From Alphaproteobacteria bacterium (GTDB taxonomy: Bacteria; Pseudomonadota; Alphaproteobacteria; JBMOFM01), in contig JBMOFM010000001.1 in the NCBI GenBank assembly GCA_049318825.1, positions 228 to 64,227 on the forward strand: a stretch of 64,000 nt of DNA. Direction: 5' to 3'. A program made the position numbers and the translations under genes. The notes beneath the pieces were generated by a model. The model saw only the letters and a list, made by a program, of their open reading frames with translations. It had not been told where the DNA came from and searched no databases. Below are positions 35,312-45,743 of the stretch, one piece after another; the first letter of the stretch is position 1; each line of letters starts with the position of its first letter.

Positions 35312-38080
35312 TTAGAGAGTAACCTTATTTTTTTCATTGATTCGTTCACGCCCCAGCGAAGATGAAAGCAGGAAATATACCTTGCCCACATCTGAACTCA
35401 TCAGGGTCGCGCTTAATAAATCCCCCTGATCGCTACGCATCGCTTGATCAAATAATTCTTCAAATAAACGAATATAGCGATTAACTGCTTCTCTAAATTC
35501 ATTGTCATTTTCAAATTTGGTGATTAAGCGGTCGGCAGATATATATTCCCGCATATTGTAGAGCCGATGCGTGAATAGACCGGTTTCACCCTTCATGTAG
35601 CTTTTCCAAACTTTAGCTGGAATATTGGTTTCGAGATATTTGCTGAGATCTCCCGATAGAGAATGCAGGGTTTCAATAACAAATTTAGCCGATGAAAGGA
35701 AGGCATCGCGCCGCGCTCTTATTTCTGCGTTGCGAATCTGAAATGTTGTTTCTGAAGCATCTTCTGAAATGCGTGCCAGTTGCTGTTTTTGTTCTTCAAT
35801 GCTTTGAATGGTATTGGATAATTTACCAATGACAGCATGGGCAGAATCATCGAATAAACCAAGTGTGGAGGTTATTTTCTCTTCCGTATCGCGCAGCAGA
35901 GAAACTTGTTTATCTGTTTGATTATTGATAAAAGAGCCGGTGCGGCTGATAATTTCTTTTACAGCTTGCCAGTAACTTTCTGTTTTTTCTAATTGTTCAC
36001 CAGCTTTGCTGATATTATCTTGTAACCAAGATAATTTTTCAGCATCTGTTTGTTGCCATTGCAAGTACAGCTCTTCTAACTGCTCGCGGCCATCTTTGAT
36101 TGTATGGGTTGTTTTTGTGCTGTTTTCTACTATTACTGCGCTGCTTTGAATAAATTCCGCCATCATCGCTTCGAAATTTTGTTGTAATTCATTGGTTTTA
36201 ATGATGGTGTTTCCCGCTTGCTGACAATGTTTTTCCATTTCGGCTGATAAATGAGTCGATTTATCGCTGAGAATGTTGATCTGGCTGGTAAAATTATTAG
36301 AGTGGTTATCAATATTCGAAACTATTTCTTTGATGATTTGTTGTAATTGTTCTGGGGTGTTTTCTACCTGAGTTAATGATTGCTGTAACGTGCGCTGGAA
36401 GGCCGTGAGTTCTTCTTTTGCTTTCAGCGTGTTTTCGGTAAGAGCGGCAGAGTGATTGAGGAAACGCTGATATTGTTCTTCAGCAATATTGGTGGTGCCG
36501 TTATAATCTTGCAACAATTTTTCTGTGCCAGATAGAGCCTGATTGATTTGGCTGGAGAAGAGATCAAGTTTTTCAAGCATTTCACTAAAGCGAGATTGCA
36601 GATGTTGTTGTAAGTTGGCGGCTTTTTCTGCAAGATTACCGCCTTTTTCTTGTACAATTTGCCAATCCTCAATGCCTTGTTGGATGGCTTGGGCTTGGGT
36701 TTGTAAATGCTGTTCAAAAGCGGTGAATTTAGCATCCGCCGTGGTGGCGGTTTGGATTAATTTTTCAGCCAAATCATGATAGCGGCCTTCTTGATCATTT
36801 AACTGATCGCTGAATAGGCCAAAGCTAATTGAAACAGAATTTAATTGATTTTTGAGTGATTCGGATTGCTGCTCGCTGGTTTGTTGTAGATTATTCAGCA
36901 TTTCACTGCTTTCTTGTGAAACCTTATTGAGCGTTACGGATGCGTGAGAAAGAGTTTTTTCCATGGCCTCAAAAACTGGGGTAGCACTGGTAAGTTCTTC
37001 CCTGATTTTATGAGCACTATTGAGGTAAAGATCTGTTGCTTGCTCCAAATTCTTCAATTTTTGATCTTGCCCTTCCGATAAACGGGCAATTTCAGCATTC
37101 ATTTGTTGTTCAGCAACTTTTATCGCCTCTTGTCCTTTGCGGATAACAGTATCAAAGCTATTGATTTGATGAACTAAGCGGGCACTGGTGGTATCCATCG
37201 ACATTTGTATGGAAGAAGATAAATCGCTGACCCGCATCAGGCGTTTTTCAGTTCTGTCACTCACTTGATCAAGCAGTGCTTCAGTGTTTCTGGTTTTTTC
37301 CTGTACTTTTAAGATCTTACTTTCAATAGAATCTATGCGTTGTTCAACGCCTAATAATGCTTGGTTGAGGAGTTTTTCAACGTTACTCATGCCAACTTCA
37401 ATGGTTTCTTGGCGGTTTTTTAGCTGAAGAGCCATTTTTTCGGAAATATCAACCAGCGTTTCACAGCGTTTTTCGGCAACAGTAAAGCTGTTTTCTGTGG
37501 CTTGATGGCTTTGTGCTGAAAACCCTTCTAACTGCTTGAGGCGGGTTTCTAATTTTTGCAGCGAACCATCAATATGCTCGCGGTGACGACCAACCGTATC
37601 GTCAAAGTTTTTGGTAACCAAGCGTAAGCCTTTACCGATTTTCATCAGGGTTTCGGCATCAGCTTGGAAAGGAATAGAGCGTTTTTCAGCCATTTTGAAT
37701 ATTTGTTGTAATGCTTTGTAGGTAGAGACAAAAGAAAAGCTAACCCAAAGCAAAAATGCTGGCAGTACGCCGCCAACAACCACCGTTACCAAATTCCAAC
37801 TGCTGGATGCTGTGGCTTTGGTGGCAGAAATGCTTCCAGGAAGCCACAGTTTTTTTTCCCATGTAAAATAAAACCATGCCAACATCCAGCACAAAGAGAA
37901 CCCCACCCCCACATAAATAAGCAATTTTTCTGTGGCCATTGAACCAATGTTGCTATTGGCTTTCTTGGCTTGATCGGTGGTGCTTGATTGCTCCAATAAT
38001 GGCTGAGGCGCTATAATATTGGCTTGGTTTGCTTCGCGATGTTTGTTGCTGCCATCCTTGGCTAAAACCGTGTTGTGCAT
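35312..38080 (-). CDS. Large membrane-anchored coiled-coil protein (922 aa)
   Basis: Two N-terminal TM segments, about 650 aa of heptad-like Q/E/L/K-rich sequence, and a distinct globular C-terminal domain of about 150 aa (FVIETLHSLSGDLSKYL...VYFLLSSSLGR). Confidence 0.75.
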   Translation of the reverse strand: MHNTVLAKDGSNKHREANQANIIAPQPLLEQSSTTDQAKKANSNIGSMATEKLLIYVGVGFSLCWMLAWFYFTWEKKLWLPGSISATKATASSSWNLVTVVVGGVLPAFLLWVSFSFVSTYKALQQIFKMAEKRSIPFQADAETLMKIGKGLRLVTKNFDDTVGRHREHIDGSLQKLETRLKQLEGFSAQSHQATENSFTVAEKRCETLVDISEKMALQLKNRQETIEVGMSNVEKLLNQALLGVEQRIDSIESKILKVQEKTRNTEALLDQVSDRTEKRLMRVSDLSSSIQMSMDTTSARLVHQINSFDTVIRKGQEAIKVAEQQMNAEIARLSEGQDQKLKNLEQATDLYLNSAHKIREELTSATPVFEAMEKTLSHASVTLNKVSQESSEMLNNLQQTSEQQSESLKNQLNSVSISFGLFSDQLNDQEGRYHDLAEKLIQTATTADAKFTAFEQHLQTQAQAIQQGIEDWQIVQEKGGNLAEKAANLQQHLQSRFSEMLEKLDLFSSQINQALSGTEKLLQDYNGTTNIAEEQYQRFLNHSAALTENTLKAKEELTAFQRTLQQSLTQVENTPEQLQQIIKEIVSNIDNHSNNFTSQINILSDKSTHLSAEMEKHCQQAGNTIIKTNELQQNFEAMMAEFIQSSAVIVENSTKTTHTIKDGREQLEELYLQWQQTDAEKLSWLQDNISKAGEQLEKTESYWQAVKEIISRTGSFINNQTDKQVSLLRDTEEKITSTLGLFDDSAHAVIGKLSNTIQSIEEQKQQLARISEDASETTFQIRNAEIRARRDAFLSSAKFVIETLHSLSGDLSKYLETNIPAKVWKSYMKGETGLFTHRLYNMREYISADRLITKFENDNEFREAVNRYIRLFEELFDQAMRSDQGDLLSATLMSSDVGKVYFLLSSSLGRERINEKNKVTL

Positions 38081-38273
38081 GGATTATCTTCCTATGGGAC
38101 TAATTCTCAATAGTGATGACTAGACCATAAAATAAAAAAAATATAAAGGAGGAACAGCAACATTAAGCCGATAAAAATATTAACCATGTGGGCGCGGCTA
38201 TTGAGGGCTTGTTATCAATATTATTTTTGCTAGATTGGGTCGATTAAATATAGCCTGTTACCTTAGGGAAGTT

Positions 38274-40091
38274 ATGTCTGAACGCACGACGCCGCAAAGC
38301 CAGATTCGCAATTTTGCGATTATTGCCCATATTGATCATGGTAAATCCACGCTAGCTGACCGCTTGATTGAAACTTGTGGTGGTTTAGAGCGCCGTGAGA
38401 TGAAAGCGCAGGTGCTGGATAGTATGGATATTGAGCGGGAGCGCGGTATCACTATTAAAGCGCAAACCGTGAGGCTGGCTTACAGGGCGGCTGATGGTTT
38501 GGATTATCAGTTTAATTTGATGGATACACCCGGCCATGTGGATTTTGCCTATGAGGTTAGCCGTTCTTTAGCGGCTTGTGAGGGGACGTTGTTGGTGGTT
38601 GATTCAACCCAAGGGGTTGAAGCCCAAACCTTGGCCAATGTGTATCAAGCCATTGATAGCAATCTTGAAATTGTACCCGTTATTAACAAAGTGGATTTGC
38701 CTGCTGCTGATGTTGAACGGGTAAAAAACCAGATTGAAGAAGTGATTGGGATTGATGCTTCTAACGCTTTGCCAATTTCTGCTAAAAGTGGTATTGGTAT
38801 TGCTGAATTGTTGGAAGCAATTGTTACGCGTTTGCCAGCCCCAACGGGCCGTGAAGATACCCCCTTGAAAGCCCTGTTGGTGGATAGTTGGTATGATGCC
38901 TATCTGGGCGTGGTTATTTTGGTGCGAATAGTGGATGGGGTGTTGCGTAAAGGCCAGAAAGTGCGCTTCATGGCTGCCGGTTCTGTGCATAATATTGAAA
39001 ATTTGGGTTTTTTCTCGCCCAAGAAAATTTTGAAAGATCAGCTTTTTGCTGGTGAAATGGGCTTTTTTACGGCTGGTGTTAAGGATATTTCACAAACCAA
39101 AATTGGGGATACTATTACCGATGATCGTGAACCCGCCAGTGAGCCATTGACTGGATTTAAGCCCTCTGTACCGGTGGTTTTTTGTTCGTTATTTCCTGTT
39201 GATGCAGCCGAATTTCAACAATTAAAAGAAAGCTTGGGGAAATTGGCTCTCAATGATGCCAGTTTCCATTTTGAAACTGAAAATTCTGCGGCTTTGGGTT
39301 TTGGTTTTCGTTGTGGTTTCCTTGGTTTATTGCACATGGAAATTATTCAGGAACGGCTGGAGCGTGAGTTTAACTTAGATTTGATTGCCACGGCGCCTTC
39401 GGTGGTGTACCGCTTATACATGACCGATGGCACAATGCAGGAATTATATAACCCTGCCGATATGCCTGATGTGGTGAAAATTGCTAAAATGGAAGAGCCT
39501 TGGATTAAGGCTACAATTTTGCTGCCAGAAGAATATTTAGGCGGTATTATTGCTTTATGTGAAGAACGCCGTGGTGAGCAGGTTGAACTCACTTGGGTTG
39601 GCGCGCGGGCGATGTTGATTTATCGCTTACCGCTGAATGAGGTGGTGTTTGATTTTTATGATCGCTTAAAGTCTATTTCGCGTGGTTATGCCAGCTTTGA
39701 TTACCAGATTGAAGAATATCGCGAAGGGGATTTGGTTGCCTTATCGATTTTGGTGAATGCTGACCCTGTGGATGCTTTGGCTATTATTGTGCACCGTTCG
39801 CAAGCTGAACGGCGTGGCAGGCATTTATGTGAACGGTTGAAAGAGTTGATTCCACGGCAATTGTTCAAAATTGCTATTCAAGCAGCTATTGGCGCACGGG
39901 TAATTGCAAGGGAAACCGTGCCAGCCATGCGCAAGGATGTGCTGGCTAAATGTTATGGTGGGGATATTAGCCGTAAACGTAAATTATTAGAAAAACAGAA
40001 AGAAGGTAAGAAGCGGATGCGCCAATTTGGTGAGGTGGAAATTCCGCAATCTGCCTTTATTGCCGCCTTAAAAATGGGTGATGAGAAGTAA
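38274..40091 (+). CDS. lepA: Elongation factor 4
   Basis: [20 protein letters not shown] and DTPGHVDF blocks, and the LepA C-terminal domain. Confidence 0.95.
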   Translation: MSERTTPQSQIRNFAIIAHIDHGKSTLADRLIETCGGLERREMKAQVLDSMDIERERGITIKAQTVRLAYRAADGLDYQFNLMDTPGHVDFAYEVSRSLAACEGTLLVVDSTQGVEAQTLANVYQAIDSNLEIVPVINKVDLPAADVERVKNQIEEVIGIDASNALPISAKSGIGIAELLEAIVTRLPAPTGREDTPLKALLVDSWYDAYLGVVILVRIVDGVLRKGQKVRFMAAGSVHNIENLGFFSPKKILKDQLFAGEMGFFTAGVKDISQTKIGDTITDDREPASEPLTGFKPSVPVVFCSLFPVDAAEFQQLKESLGKLALNDASFHFETENSAALGFGFRCGFLGLLHMEIIQERLEREFNLDLIATAPSVVYRLYMTDGTMQELYNPADMPDVVKIAKMEEPWIKATILLPEEYLGGIIALCEERRGEQVELTWVGARAMLIYRLPLNEVVFDFYDRLKSISRGYASFDYQIEEYREGDLVALSILVNADPVDALAIIVHRSQAERRGRHLCERLKELIPRQLFKIAIQAAIGARVIARETVPAMRKDVLAKCYGGDISRKRKLLEKQKEGKKRMRQFGEVEIPQSAFIAALKMGDEK

Positions 40092-40094
40092 AAA

Positions 40095-40125
40095 ATAGGC
40101 TGCAATAATATGCAGCCTATTTTTT
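40095..40125 (+). terminator. Rho-independent terminator of lepA
   Basis: ATAGGCTGCA-ATAATA-TGCAGCCTAT followed by TTTTT. Confidence 0.85.
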
Positions 40126-40260
40126 GTGTTGATGCTGAGCGATTGGGTGAAATCGGTTTACCTTTCATGTTTATAAAGGTAATTTGCATTGACAAAAACA
40201 ATAATTTTCGTTAATTGTTGTGTGTATTTTTTATAGTATTAGGTTGTGAGACGAAATCAA

Positions 40261-41700
40261 ATGGCTCAAAGAAATAATGTGGAAGCAGGTACAATTGCCA
40301 ATAGTTTTGAAAAGCTGTTGAATTATCTTGAAGAACGCGCTTCTGAAATAGAAAATTTTAGAGAAGAAATTTCAGAAATAGCTGAAAAATGGCGCGGCGA
40401 AGAAGGAATAATTGCAAGAATTCGCGGCGCAGATCAAGAGCAGTTGGATGTTATTTTTGGCCAACCTGCACCTTCTGATGTTTTGCGTGTTATTGAACAG
40501 CGCTTGCAACAATCTTATACATTAGCTGAATTGGAAGATGCTGAATATCAAGGGTTTCTGCAGGGTTATGTGAAGCAATTTTCTCTGCATGTTCAATTTG
40601 AACTGACGAAAGATGCAGCCTGTTATTACCCAGGAAAATTAGTGCCTACATTAATTGAACTTGAGCCCTATCTTGAGTTTCAGGATTATTATGCAACAAT
40701 GCAAGGGGAAGAAAACAGCCTAGCTAAGCAATTAATTGAAGAAATCAATGCCTTTGAAGGATTTTATGGGCGATGCCATTGTGCTGGCACGGGGTTGATT
40801 GGTGCTGTACGCGGGGCTATTGCGCAAACGCCGCGCCTTACCAATGAAGAGTTTTTTGTTGAAGCAGGTACGGTGCGGGCTGATGAACTAAATTCCATTA
40901 ATATGGCTTATAATTGGCTATCACAGACATGGCTGCCTTGTGATGCAGAACATGTTGAAACAAAGCTGGTGCGTGGTGGTAATGGAAGTCGTAATTTTTC
41001 TAAATTTCAACTTTTAGAGCAATATAAGCTAAGCCTTGAAGAAGGTTTTAGACGAGGCCACATTACGGACGTACAGGTGAAAGTTGAATTAGGCCGTACC
41101 TATGGTGAAGATGCCTTGGTGGTGACCATGGGCATGGAAGATTATACAAACAAATATGTTCCAGCAAAAATTGGCAGATACCCCGTTGATAAAACCCGTC
41201 CTGGTAATGAATTCGGCGATGTTATGGGCCCCTCCATTGTGGACAAGCATAGTGGGTATGAGCCAGAGAAAATAGCATTTTATGTGCACCGAGATTTATA
41301 TGTGCGTGCTGATGAAACCACTGATCCGGTGATCGTTGAAAAGATTAACTGGTTGAAAAGCACTGGCTTTGTGCAGGAAGAAACTCTTTCTCTACCAGTA
41401 ATGGATAATAACACTGGTTATTATGTGTGCTTATCGAGAAAAGAAGTGCCATGGCAAGAGAATGAATCTGTTTATTCTGTTGGCAATGAGTGTTACACCT
41501 CTATTGAGCTCAGCAAAAAAATCTCCAGCACATTGAGTGAAATCAATCAGCGTGCTAATAAGGACGATCAATCTGTTTTTGTGCCACCAAAACAAATTTC
41601 CTATATATTTAATACAATTGCGTTGGCTGTTAATGATAATTCTGTAATACAAAATATTTCCAGCCAAGTGAAGAAAATATGGGCTGGCTTAAACCGTTGA
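40261..41700 (+). CDS. Hypothetical protein (orphan, no recognised domain)
   Basis: About 480 aa. Helical, acidic N-terminal 100 aa. No signal peptide. ATG at 40261 (GTG at 40246 is possible). Confidence 0.55.
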   Translation: MAQRNNVEAGTIANSFEKLLNYLEERASEIENFREEISEIAEKWRGEEGIIARIRGADQEQLDVIFGQPAPSDVLRVIEQRLQQSYTLAELEDAEYQGFLQGYVKQFSLHVQFELTKDAACYYPGKLVPTLIELEPYLEFQDYYATMQGEENSLAKQLIEEINAFEGFYGRCHCAGTGLIGAVRGAIAQTPRLTNEEFFVEAGTVRADELNSINMAYNWLSQTWLPCDAEHVETKLVRGGNGSRNFSKFQLLEQYKLSLEEGFRRGHITDVQVKVELGRTYGEDALVVTMGMEDYTNKYVPAKIGRYPVDKTRPGNEFGDVMGPSIVDKHSGYEPEKIAFYVHRDLYVRADETTDPVIVEKINWLKSTGFVQEETLSLPVMDNNTGYYVCLSRKEVPWQENESVYSVGNECYTSIELSKKISSTLSEINQRANKDDQSVFVPPKQISYIFNTIALAVNDNSVIQNISSQVKKIWAGLNR

Positions 41701-41722
41701 TTAGAGTTGTGATTGCGAATTT

Positions 41723-41750
41723 CAAATGACATGAGCCAAATGACATGAGC
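41723..41750. repeat. Perfect 14-bp tandem duplication
   Basis: CAAATGACATGAGC twice, head-to-tail. Confidence 0.95.
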
Positions 41751-41756
41751 ATGAAA

Positions 41757-41797
41757 CACCGCTATACCAAGATCGTTATAATATTGGTATAGCGGTG
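41757..41797. terminator. 13-bp-stem hairpin between convergent genes
   Basis: CACCGCTATACCA-15 nt-TGGTATAGCGGTG. Flanking U-tracts are weak on both strands. Confidence 0.5.
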
Positions 41798-41827
41798 ATT
41801 GCTCATCAGATACTGTCCTTAAATGGA

Positions 41828-43432
41828 TTAGATTTGATGAAATAGGGCGGCTGATAATAAATTTTGGGTGTAGGCTTGGCTGGGGGTGGTGAAGATTTTT
41901 TCAGTTTCTCCATATTCTACCATTTTGCCATCCTTCATCACCAATAAATGGTGGGAGAGGGCGCGCACCACCCGCAAATCGTGGCTAATGAATAAATAGG
42001 CAAGTTTGAAACGCTGTTGTAGATTGCGCAATAAATCGATAATTTGTGCCTGAATCGACATATCTAGCGCGGATGTTGGTTCATCTAAAATCAGTAATTG
42101 TGGGCGTAATACCAATGCTCTGGCAATGGCAATACGCTGACGTTGGCCGCCAGAAAATTCATGGGGGTAGCGGTTGGCGGCTTCTAGTGGTAGCCCCACA
42201 TCGATAAGGGCTTGGCTAATAATATCTTGGCGTTGGCTTTCTGGCATTTGCGGTTCATGCAGTAATAGGCCTTCCCCCACAATATCGCGCACGCAAAGGC
42301 GCGGTGATAGTGAACCAAATGGATCTTGAAAAACAATTTGCATGTGTCTTCGTAAGGGGCGTAATTGCCCATGCGAAAGTTGGCTGATGTCTTGGCCATT
42401 AAACAAGATTTTGCCCTGCGATTTCACCAATTTGAGCAATGAAAAGCCAAGGCTGCTTTTTCCAGAACCAGATTCTCCGACCACGCCTAGGGTTTGGCCA
42501 GCATTGAGGTTAAAGCTAATATCATCCACCGCTTTAACATAGCCTTTTACTTGCCGTAAAATACCCCGCCGAATGGGGAAATGAACCTTGAGCGATTCAA
42601 CGCCTAAAATAGGCTGAGAGTTACCATGATCTATGGGCACAGCACAACCTTTAGGCTCGGCTGCTAATAGGGATTTAGTATATTCATGCTGGGGGGCGGA
42701 AAAAACACTGGCTACCTTACCTTTTTCTACCAATTCACCATTTTTCATGACACAGACATGATCGGCCATGTGGCGTACCATCAGCAAATCATGCGTAATC
42801 AGCAGCAAGGCCATGTTCAGCTTCTGGCGCAATTCGTTCAGTAGGGTCAGAATTTGTGCTTGAATGGTAACATCCAAGGCGGTGGTGGGTTCATCAGCAA
42901 TCAATAAATCGGGGTTATTGGCCAGTGCCATCGCAATCATCACCCGCTGGCGTTGGCCGCCCGATAATTCGTGTGGATAGGATAATTGGCGGGTTTCTGG
43001 TTGAGGAATCCCCACCAATTGTAAGAGTTCCAGCACTCGCTCTTTTACCGCAGATCGCGCTAATAAAGGCTGATGCAACAAGATGGATTCAGCAATTTGA
43101 CGCCCCACGCGATGTAAAGGGTTGAGCGCGGTCATGGGTTCTTGAAAAACCATGGAAATGCGATTGCCCCGCAATTGTTGAAGCGTGGCTGCTGGTGCGC
43201 CCAATAATTCTTGCCCGTTAAAACAGATAGAGCCAGCCGAATGACGGGCAGCATGATAGGGAAGCAATTGTAAAATTGACAGAGCGGTCACTGATTTACC
43301 CGAGCCAGATTCCCCCACCAGAGCGGTGGTTTGACCCCTTTCTACAGTAAAGGATACACCATGAACCACGCGTTGCCAGCCTTCTGGACGCTTAAATTCC
43401 ACTTCTAGATTGTTTATTTCTAATAATGACAC
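41828..43432 (-). CDS. Fused double ABC ATPase, oligopeptide/microcin C (YejF-like) type
   Basis: Two Walker A motifs (GESGSGKS twice), two LSGGQRQR signatures and two Walker B motifs. No permease or binding-protein gene adjacent. GTG start. Confidence 0.85.
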   Translation of the reverse strand: MSLLEINNLEVEFKRPEGWQRVVHGVSFTVERGQTTALVGESGSGKSVTALSILQLLPYHAARHSAGSICFNGQELLGAPAATLQQLRGNRISMVFQEPMTALNPLHRVGRQIAESILLHQPLLARSAVKERVLELLQLVGIPQPETRQLSYPHELSGGQRQRVMIAMALANNPDLLIADEPTTALDVTIQAQILTLLNELRQKLNMALLLITHDLLMVRHMADHVCVMKNGELVEKGKVASVFSAPQHEYTKSLLAAEPKGCAVPIDHGNSQPILGVESLKVHFPIRRGILRQVKGYVKAVDDISFNLNAGQTLGVVGESGSGKSSLGFSLLKLVKSQGKILFNGQDISQLSHGQLRPLRRHMQIVFQDPFGSLSPRLCVRDIVGEGLLLHEPQMPESQRQDIISQALIDVGLPLEAANRYPHEFSGGQRQRIAIARALVLRPQLLILDEPTSALDMSIQAQIIDLLRNLQQRFKLAYLFISHDLRVVRALSHHLLVMKDGKMVEYGETEKIFTTPSQAYTQNLLSAALFHQI

Positions 43433-43510
43433 GTTTGGTTTGCTTCACATATTTATATTGATGCGCTTATCCTTACCCTAAAAAAGTGAAGCTGAGAAGG
43501 GGAAAGAAGC

Positions 43511-43556
43511 CCTTCCTCTCCCTCTTTTTTGGTAATATGGGAAGAGGGAGAGAAGG
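43511..43556 (-). terminator. Hairpin downstream of the OYE gene
   Basis: CCTTCCTCTCCCTCTT-15 nt-AAGAGGGAGAGAAGG (one bulge). The trailing sequence is moderately U-rich. Confidence 0.4.
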
Positions 43557-43564
43557 ACTGAAAA

Positions 43565-44677
43565 TTAAGCAGCAGCAGATTGCATGCTTGGGTAATCAAC
43601 ATAGCCTTTTTCCGCGCCCCCATAAAAAGTGCTGCGGTCATATGTATTCAGTTCAGCATTTTGGCGTAGCCTTTCGGGTAAATCTGGGTTGGAAATAAAC
43701 CAACGACCGAAAGCAACCGCATCCACCGCGCCAGTTTCCACGGCTTGTTTTGCCATGGCGCCATCGTAACCGCCAGCTGAAATTAAGATGCCCTTAAAAG
43801 CATGACGAAATATAGAAGCCGCATCGGGGCGGTCTGGTAAATTACCATCTTGGCGGCCAGCACCAGAAGAGCGCGGTTCGATAAGATCAACAAAGCCAAT
43901 AGCGCGTTGATCCAATTGTTGTAAAACGTAAGTGAATAAGCTAACCGGATCACTATCGCTCATATCGTTAAAAGTACCATAAGGAGAAAGGCGCACGCCG
44001 ATGCGTTTTTTATCCCAAATGGTGGCCACGCTATCCACTACTTCCAGCAATAAGCGGGCGCGATTTTCAATGGAGCCGCCATAAGAATCGGTGCGGTGGT
44101 TAGAGCCATCTTGTAAGAATTGATCCAGCAAATAACCATTAGCCCCATGAATTTCTACCCCGTCAAAACCAGCGATTTTAGCGTTTTCAGCTGCTTTTTT
44201 ATAATCGGCAACAATAGCAGAAATTTCACTGGTTTCTAGCGCGCGGGGGGTAAGAATAGGGGTTTCTTGCCAATTGGCAGTGTAGGTACCGCTATTTTTG
44301 GCAGCAATAGCCGAAGGGGCAACAGGCAATGCACCATTGGGCTGGTGCGAGGAATGAGAAATACGCCCCACATGCCATAATTGCAGAAAAATATGCCCAC
44401 CAGCTTGGTGAACGGCTTGCGTGACCTGTTGCCAGCCAGCTATTTGTTCTGCCGAATGAATACCGGGGGTAGCAGGATAACCTTGCCCTTGTTGGCTTAT
44501 TTGGGTGGCTTCGCTGATAATTAACCCAGCCCCTGAGCGTTGGGCATAATATTGTGCATTAAGGGCATGGGGAATATTGCCCGGTTGCTGCGCCCGCATG
44601 CGGGTGAGGGGAGCCATGACAACCCGATTAGGCAATGTAAGATCACCAAGGGTAAGGGGTGTGAAGAGATTCGTCAT
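43565..44677 (-). CDS. Old Yellow Enzyme-family NADH:flavin oxidoreductase (alkene / N-ethylmaleimide reductase type)
   Basis: LPNRVVMAPLTRMRA, LWHVGR and GFDGVEIHGANGYLLDQF blocks. Confidence 0.9.
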   Translation of the reverse strand: MTNLFTPLTLGDLTLPNRVVMAPLTRMRAQQPGNIPHALNAQYYAQRSGAGLIISEATQISQQGQGYPATPGIHSAEQIAGWQQVTQAVHQAGGHIFLQLWHVGRISHSSHQPNGALPVAPSAIAAKNSGTYTANWQETPILTPRALETSEISAIVADYKKAAENAKIAGFDGVEIHGANGYLLDQFLQDGSNHRTDSYGGSIENRARLLLEVVDSVATIWDKKRIGVRLSPYGTFNDMSDSDPVSLFTYVLQQLDQRAIGFVDLIEPRSSGAGRQDGNLPDRPDAASIFRHAFKGILISAGGYDGAMAKQAVETGAVDAVAFGRWFISNPDLPERLRQNAELNTYDRSTFYGGAEKGYVDYPSMQSAAA

Positions 44678-44699
44678 GTAAAATTCTTTCTAATACTAT

Positions 44700-45302
44700 C
44701 TAAAAATGGTTGTTAATGAGAAGAGTCGATTGCTCAATAAAGCCTGCTTTAGGCCATGCAGGCTTAAGCCCCCGACCAATGGCCAGTATGGCGCCAATTG
44801 CATGATCGTTGGGAAGTTTTATCAGTTTGGCCACGGCTTCGGCATCAAAGCCAATCATCGGGCAAGAATCATAGCTCATGGCTTTGGCAGCAAGCATCAT
44901 GGTTTGCATGATAAAACCGACTGAACGCATGGCTTCATCGCGCTGTAATTGTTCTTTGCCTTCATAAAAAGGCGCAATCATCGGCACAAGAAAATCTTGT
45001 ACTTCTTGCGGGGCATTGCGCCAATAATGTTGTGGGTTTTTCTGCCATGCTTTAACATCGGCGGTGACCACAAAAAGTAACGAAGCATCGGTGATTTGTG
45101 CCTGATCCCACGCGCTGGCACGAATTTGCTGACGTAAGCTGGGATCAGTGACATTCACTAACCGCCAATGCTGGATGTTAAAGGATGACGGGGCTTGCAT
45201 CGCTAAATCAATCAATTGGTTGAATTCTTCGGGGGTGAAGCGATGGGTAGCATCAAAATGTTTGACAGCGCGCCGTTCACGGATAGCATCAAAAGTTTCC
45301 AT
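44700..45302 (-). CDS. Nitroreductase-family protein
   Basis: IRERRAVKHF and APSSFNIQHWR blocks. Confidence 0.85.
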   Translation of the reverse strand: METFDAIRERRAVKHFDATHRFTPEEFNQLIDLAMQAPSSFNIQHWRLVNVTDPSLRQQIRASAWDQAQITDASLLFVVTADVKAWQKNPQHYWRNAPQEVQDFLVPMIAPFYEGKEQLQRDEAMRSVGFIMQTMMLAAKAMSYDSCPMIGFDAEAVAKLIKLPNDHAIGAILAIGRGLKPAWPKAGFIEQSTLLINNHF

Positions 45303-45333
45303 GAGATTGGTGATCCTATGTTGTTAATTGTTC

Positions 45334-45358
45334 ATTAGTTCAAGATTAATAAACTAAT
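45334..45358. promoter_or_regulatory. Inverted repeat (candidate ArsR operator) in a divergent promoter
   Basis: ATTAGTT-N11-AACTAAT, between the nitroreductase start (45302) and the ArsR start (45392). Confidence 0.4.
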
Positions 45359-45391
45359 AGATTGTTTGTCAAGATATGTTATAATAAATTC

Positions 45392-45742
45392 ATGAGATCA
45401 TTATATCACCCCTCAATTCACGATATTACCGTTCAGGGCATATTGCATGCGCTGGCGGACCCTGTGCGGGTGCAAATTTATATGCAAATAGCTAAAGCCG
45501 ACTGCCCACAAATATGTTCAACTTTTTTGCAAGTGTTGGATAAGCAATTGCCGAAATCTACCCTTTCGCAGCATTTTAGAATTTTACGGGAGGCTGGTTT
45601 GATTCGCAGTGAACGCAAAGGCGTGGAAATGCATAATGTTACCCGTTGTGCCGAGTTAAAAGAGCGTTTTGGCCCCTTGGTGATGAATATTATTGATGCC
45701 TACCATCTACAGCAACAATCAGCGGCGAGCAGCAAGACATAA
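45392..45742 (+). CDS. ArsR/SmtB-family transcriptional regulator
   Basis: LADPVRVQIY...STLSQHFRILREAGLI winged-HTH. Confidence 0.85.
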   Translation: MRSLYHPSIHDITVQGILHALADPVRVQIYMQIAKADCPQICSTFLQVLDKQLPKSTLSQHFRILREAGLIRSERKGVEMHNVTRCAELKERFGPLVMNIIDAYHLQQQSAASSKT

Positions 45743-45743
45743 A

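Noticed and set aside
36424-36779. ORFs 36424..36735(-) and 36543..36779(+) inside the coiled-coil gene
   Set aside because: They are alternative-frame shadows of a 922-codon ORF.
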